Shown piece by piece: positions 62,375-64,000 of a stretch of 64,000 nt of DNA. Numbering within the stretch: position 1 is the stretch's first letter; the number at the start of each line of letters is the position of its first letter. Source of the stretch: Octopus sinensis (Eukaryota); contig NC_042999.1 of NCBI RefSeq assembly GCF_006345805.1, positions 162,874,001-162,938,000 on the forward strand, written 5' to 3'. The notes below the pieces were generated by a model. That model searched no databases. It had not been told where the DNA came from and was given only the letters and a program-made list of their open reading frames with translations. Made by a program: the position numbers and the translations under genes.

Positions 62375-63585
62375 CCCTTTCGTTACTATATTTCTGACCA
62401 AAATACACCCCTCATGAGTTTCAATTAAATTCTAAAATAATCATGAATTTAGGCTTGTTTTATTAAATAACTAACTTTTTTACTTATCGACATATTAATG
62501 TGATATTTGGAACATAACTAAAGAAAGGGTTCTTAATCAATTCTATTGCATAACTTTTTTGTCTCAAAGTGACTTTAATTACCGGTAAATTGAGCAAAAG
62601 ATAAAAATATTAAAATTTTGTTTAAACATCACCATAGAAAATGAATCATCAGCTAATATTCAAATGGGTATGCAACAAAATTTTGATCAAGAAGAATTGT
62701 GCACATCACTAGATCATCAGTTGAATTTAATTCACAACAGGTGTACCATAAAGGTGGAATAAACTGAAATACTAGAATCCACCGCAAGTTTGACCGAACT
62801 AAAGAAATCGGTCAAAGAATATATGGCCCTGGTTATGGTATGGAAGTGATAAATTCCAGACCACTTTGTTCCCTAGGCCATGCTGACTAACATTATTTTC
62901 CCTGTATAAAAACTAAATCCACGCAGTACCCAGTATTTGATTCACAAATTTTCCAAACTTTGATCCCCCATTTTGAGTTTGTTTACAATCTGCGAAACAG
63001 TTTGCTTCCACAGTGATCACTCCAAACAAGCATACTGAAAAAAATAAAAGTCTAATGGTTTCGCTTCCTAAGAAAGACTATAGATAGACTCTATCTCCTC
63101 AGAAAAATTGCTAATAAAAACATTTTAAAAGTTTTTTCATTCCGATGTAAAATTGTCTTTGCTGTTGCCAATGCTGCTTTGTTTCTTTGGAATCCCTGCT
63201 TTCATTTCCGGATAAAAAAATATCCTATTCATTATTGTACACCACGTGCTTTTGAACCTCATTCATTCTTTTTCTCGATATCTCCCTATTTTCCGTTGAA
63301 AAAGCTTTAAATTCGGAATGCTTGATAACATGAAACTCCTATCCATTTTCAAAGTTGAAGAAAAATCGATGCCGAAAAAAATCTCCCAAAATTCACTGAG
63401 TTGAGATATCACGTCAAGCAATGTCAGATACTATAAGCCAACTATTTACAAAGTGAAATCACATGTTTTAACGAATGTACCAACGAGATTTGGGTTCAAA
63501 TTTACATTTAAATAACAATAGGTTCTCTCGGCTGGGTTGGTATTATGAACCAAAAAATTTTTCAGCCAGGTTAATAATGGAAGGG
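62375..63585. mobile_element. TTAA-flanked piggyBac-type non-autonomous element
   Basis: ttaa|ccctttcgttac ... taatggaaggg|ttaa; no transposase ORF seen. Confidence 0.6.
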
Positions 63586-64000
63586 TTAAGCAAATTGCAA
63601 TGGTGAAACCTAGAGATAGAAATCAGACCTAAAATAGGTAAACTTAATTCACAAAAAAAAAATTGCATCCTCAGGCAAATTACCATTAACGTATCCATAT
63701 GGTTAACAAGATTCTACTCTTAGAATGAGGATCAGGGGGAAATATTAGATTAACATGTTTGATAAACTGGAAACAGTTTGATAGAACGATTTGCTGTTAA
63801 AGGTAATTTCTATATAGTTGATTCACCTAGAAATGAAAGCCAGATATCCTGCTGTATTGGAAAATATATTTTTGACTGAGATGTTCACAACTAGATTGTC
63901 CTAAACTGGCAATATAGCTTTTTGTCCATTATTGTATAGAAAAAAATTCAACCTCCACTAAGAGTTAGTGGGTCATTTATTTGCAATTAACAGTTTTAGA

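Noticed and set aside
58439-64000. Additional protein-coding gene downstream of CCNF
   Set aside because: Only short AT-rich or microsatellite-derived ORFs, with no recognisable domain or exon chain.

Overview
Eukaryotic DNA, very probably from an Octopus species (inferred from the SINE and MITE families and the AT-rich intron-heavy gene). No prokaryotic features or CRISPR array. (1) 1-24.09 kb: a near-homogeneous 69-bp tandem array of about 350 units that runs off the left edge. One C/T site acts as a barcode. It reveals 138-bp dimer runs and a 30-unit (2.07-kb) internal duplication. It also shows that the 68-bp frameshifting units sit in the slots of C-type units, so they are a systematic CCC>CC base-calling error or a deletion hotspot. 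With those corrected, one + frame ((VLQQAFADLEKVSSPFSLGTPSD)n) is open for at least 8,000 codons and stops where the repeat decays. Whether it is translated cannot be determined from the sequence alone. (2) 24.1-37.2 kb: decayed retroposons (RTE, R4/Dong, Tx1/L1-like LINEs, tRNA-SINEs), MITEs and Helitron-like elements. There are also weak candidate exons of a minus-strand gene, one of whose splice donors abuts the array. (3) 37.2-37.6 kb: a CpG-richer, possibly bidirectional promoter with three CCAAT boxes and a CHR-like motif. (4) 37.6-58.4 kb: cyclin F (CCNF), with 14 well-supported coding exons plus a candidate 7-nt first coding exon, about 780 aa (F-box, cyclin N and C folds, PEST tail). 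Intron 12 holds a recent 98%-identical copy of exon 12 and its acceptor, plus a piggyBac relic. (5) 58.4-64 kb: 3' UTR or intergenic DNA with a SINE and a TTAA-flanked element. Exon numbering assumes the candidate exon 1.
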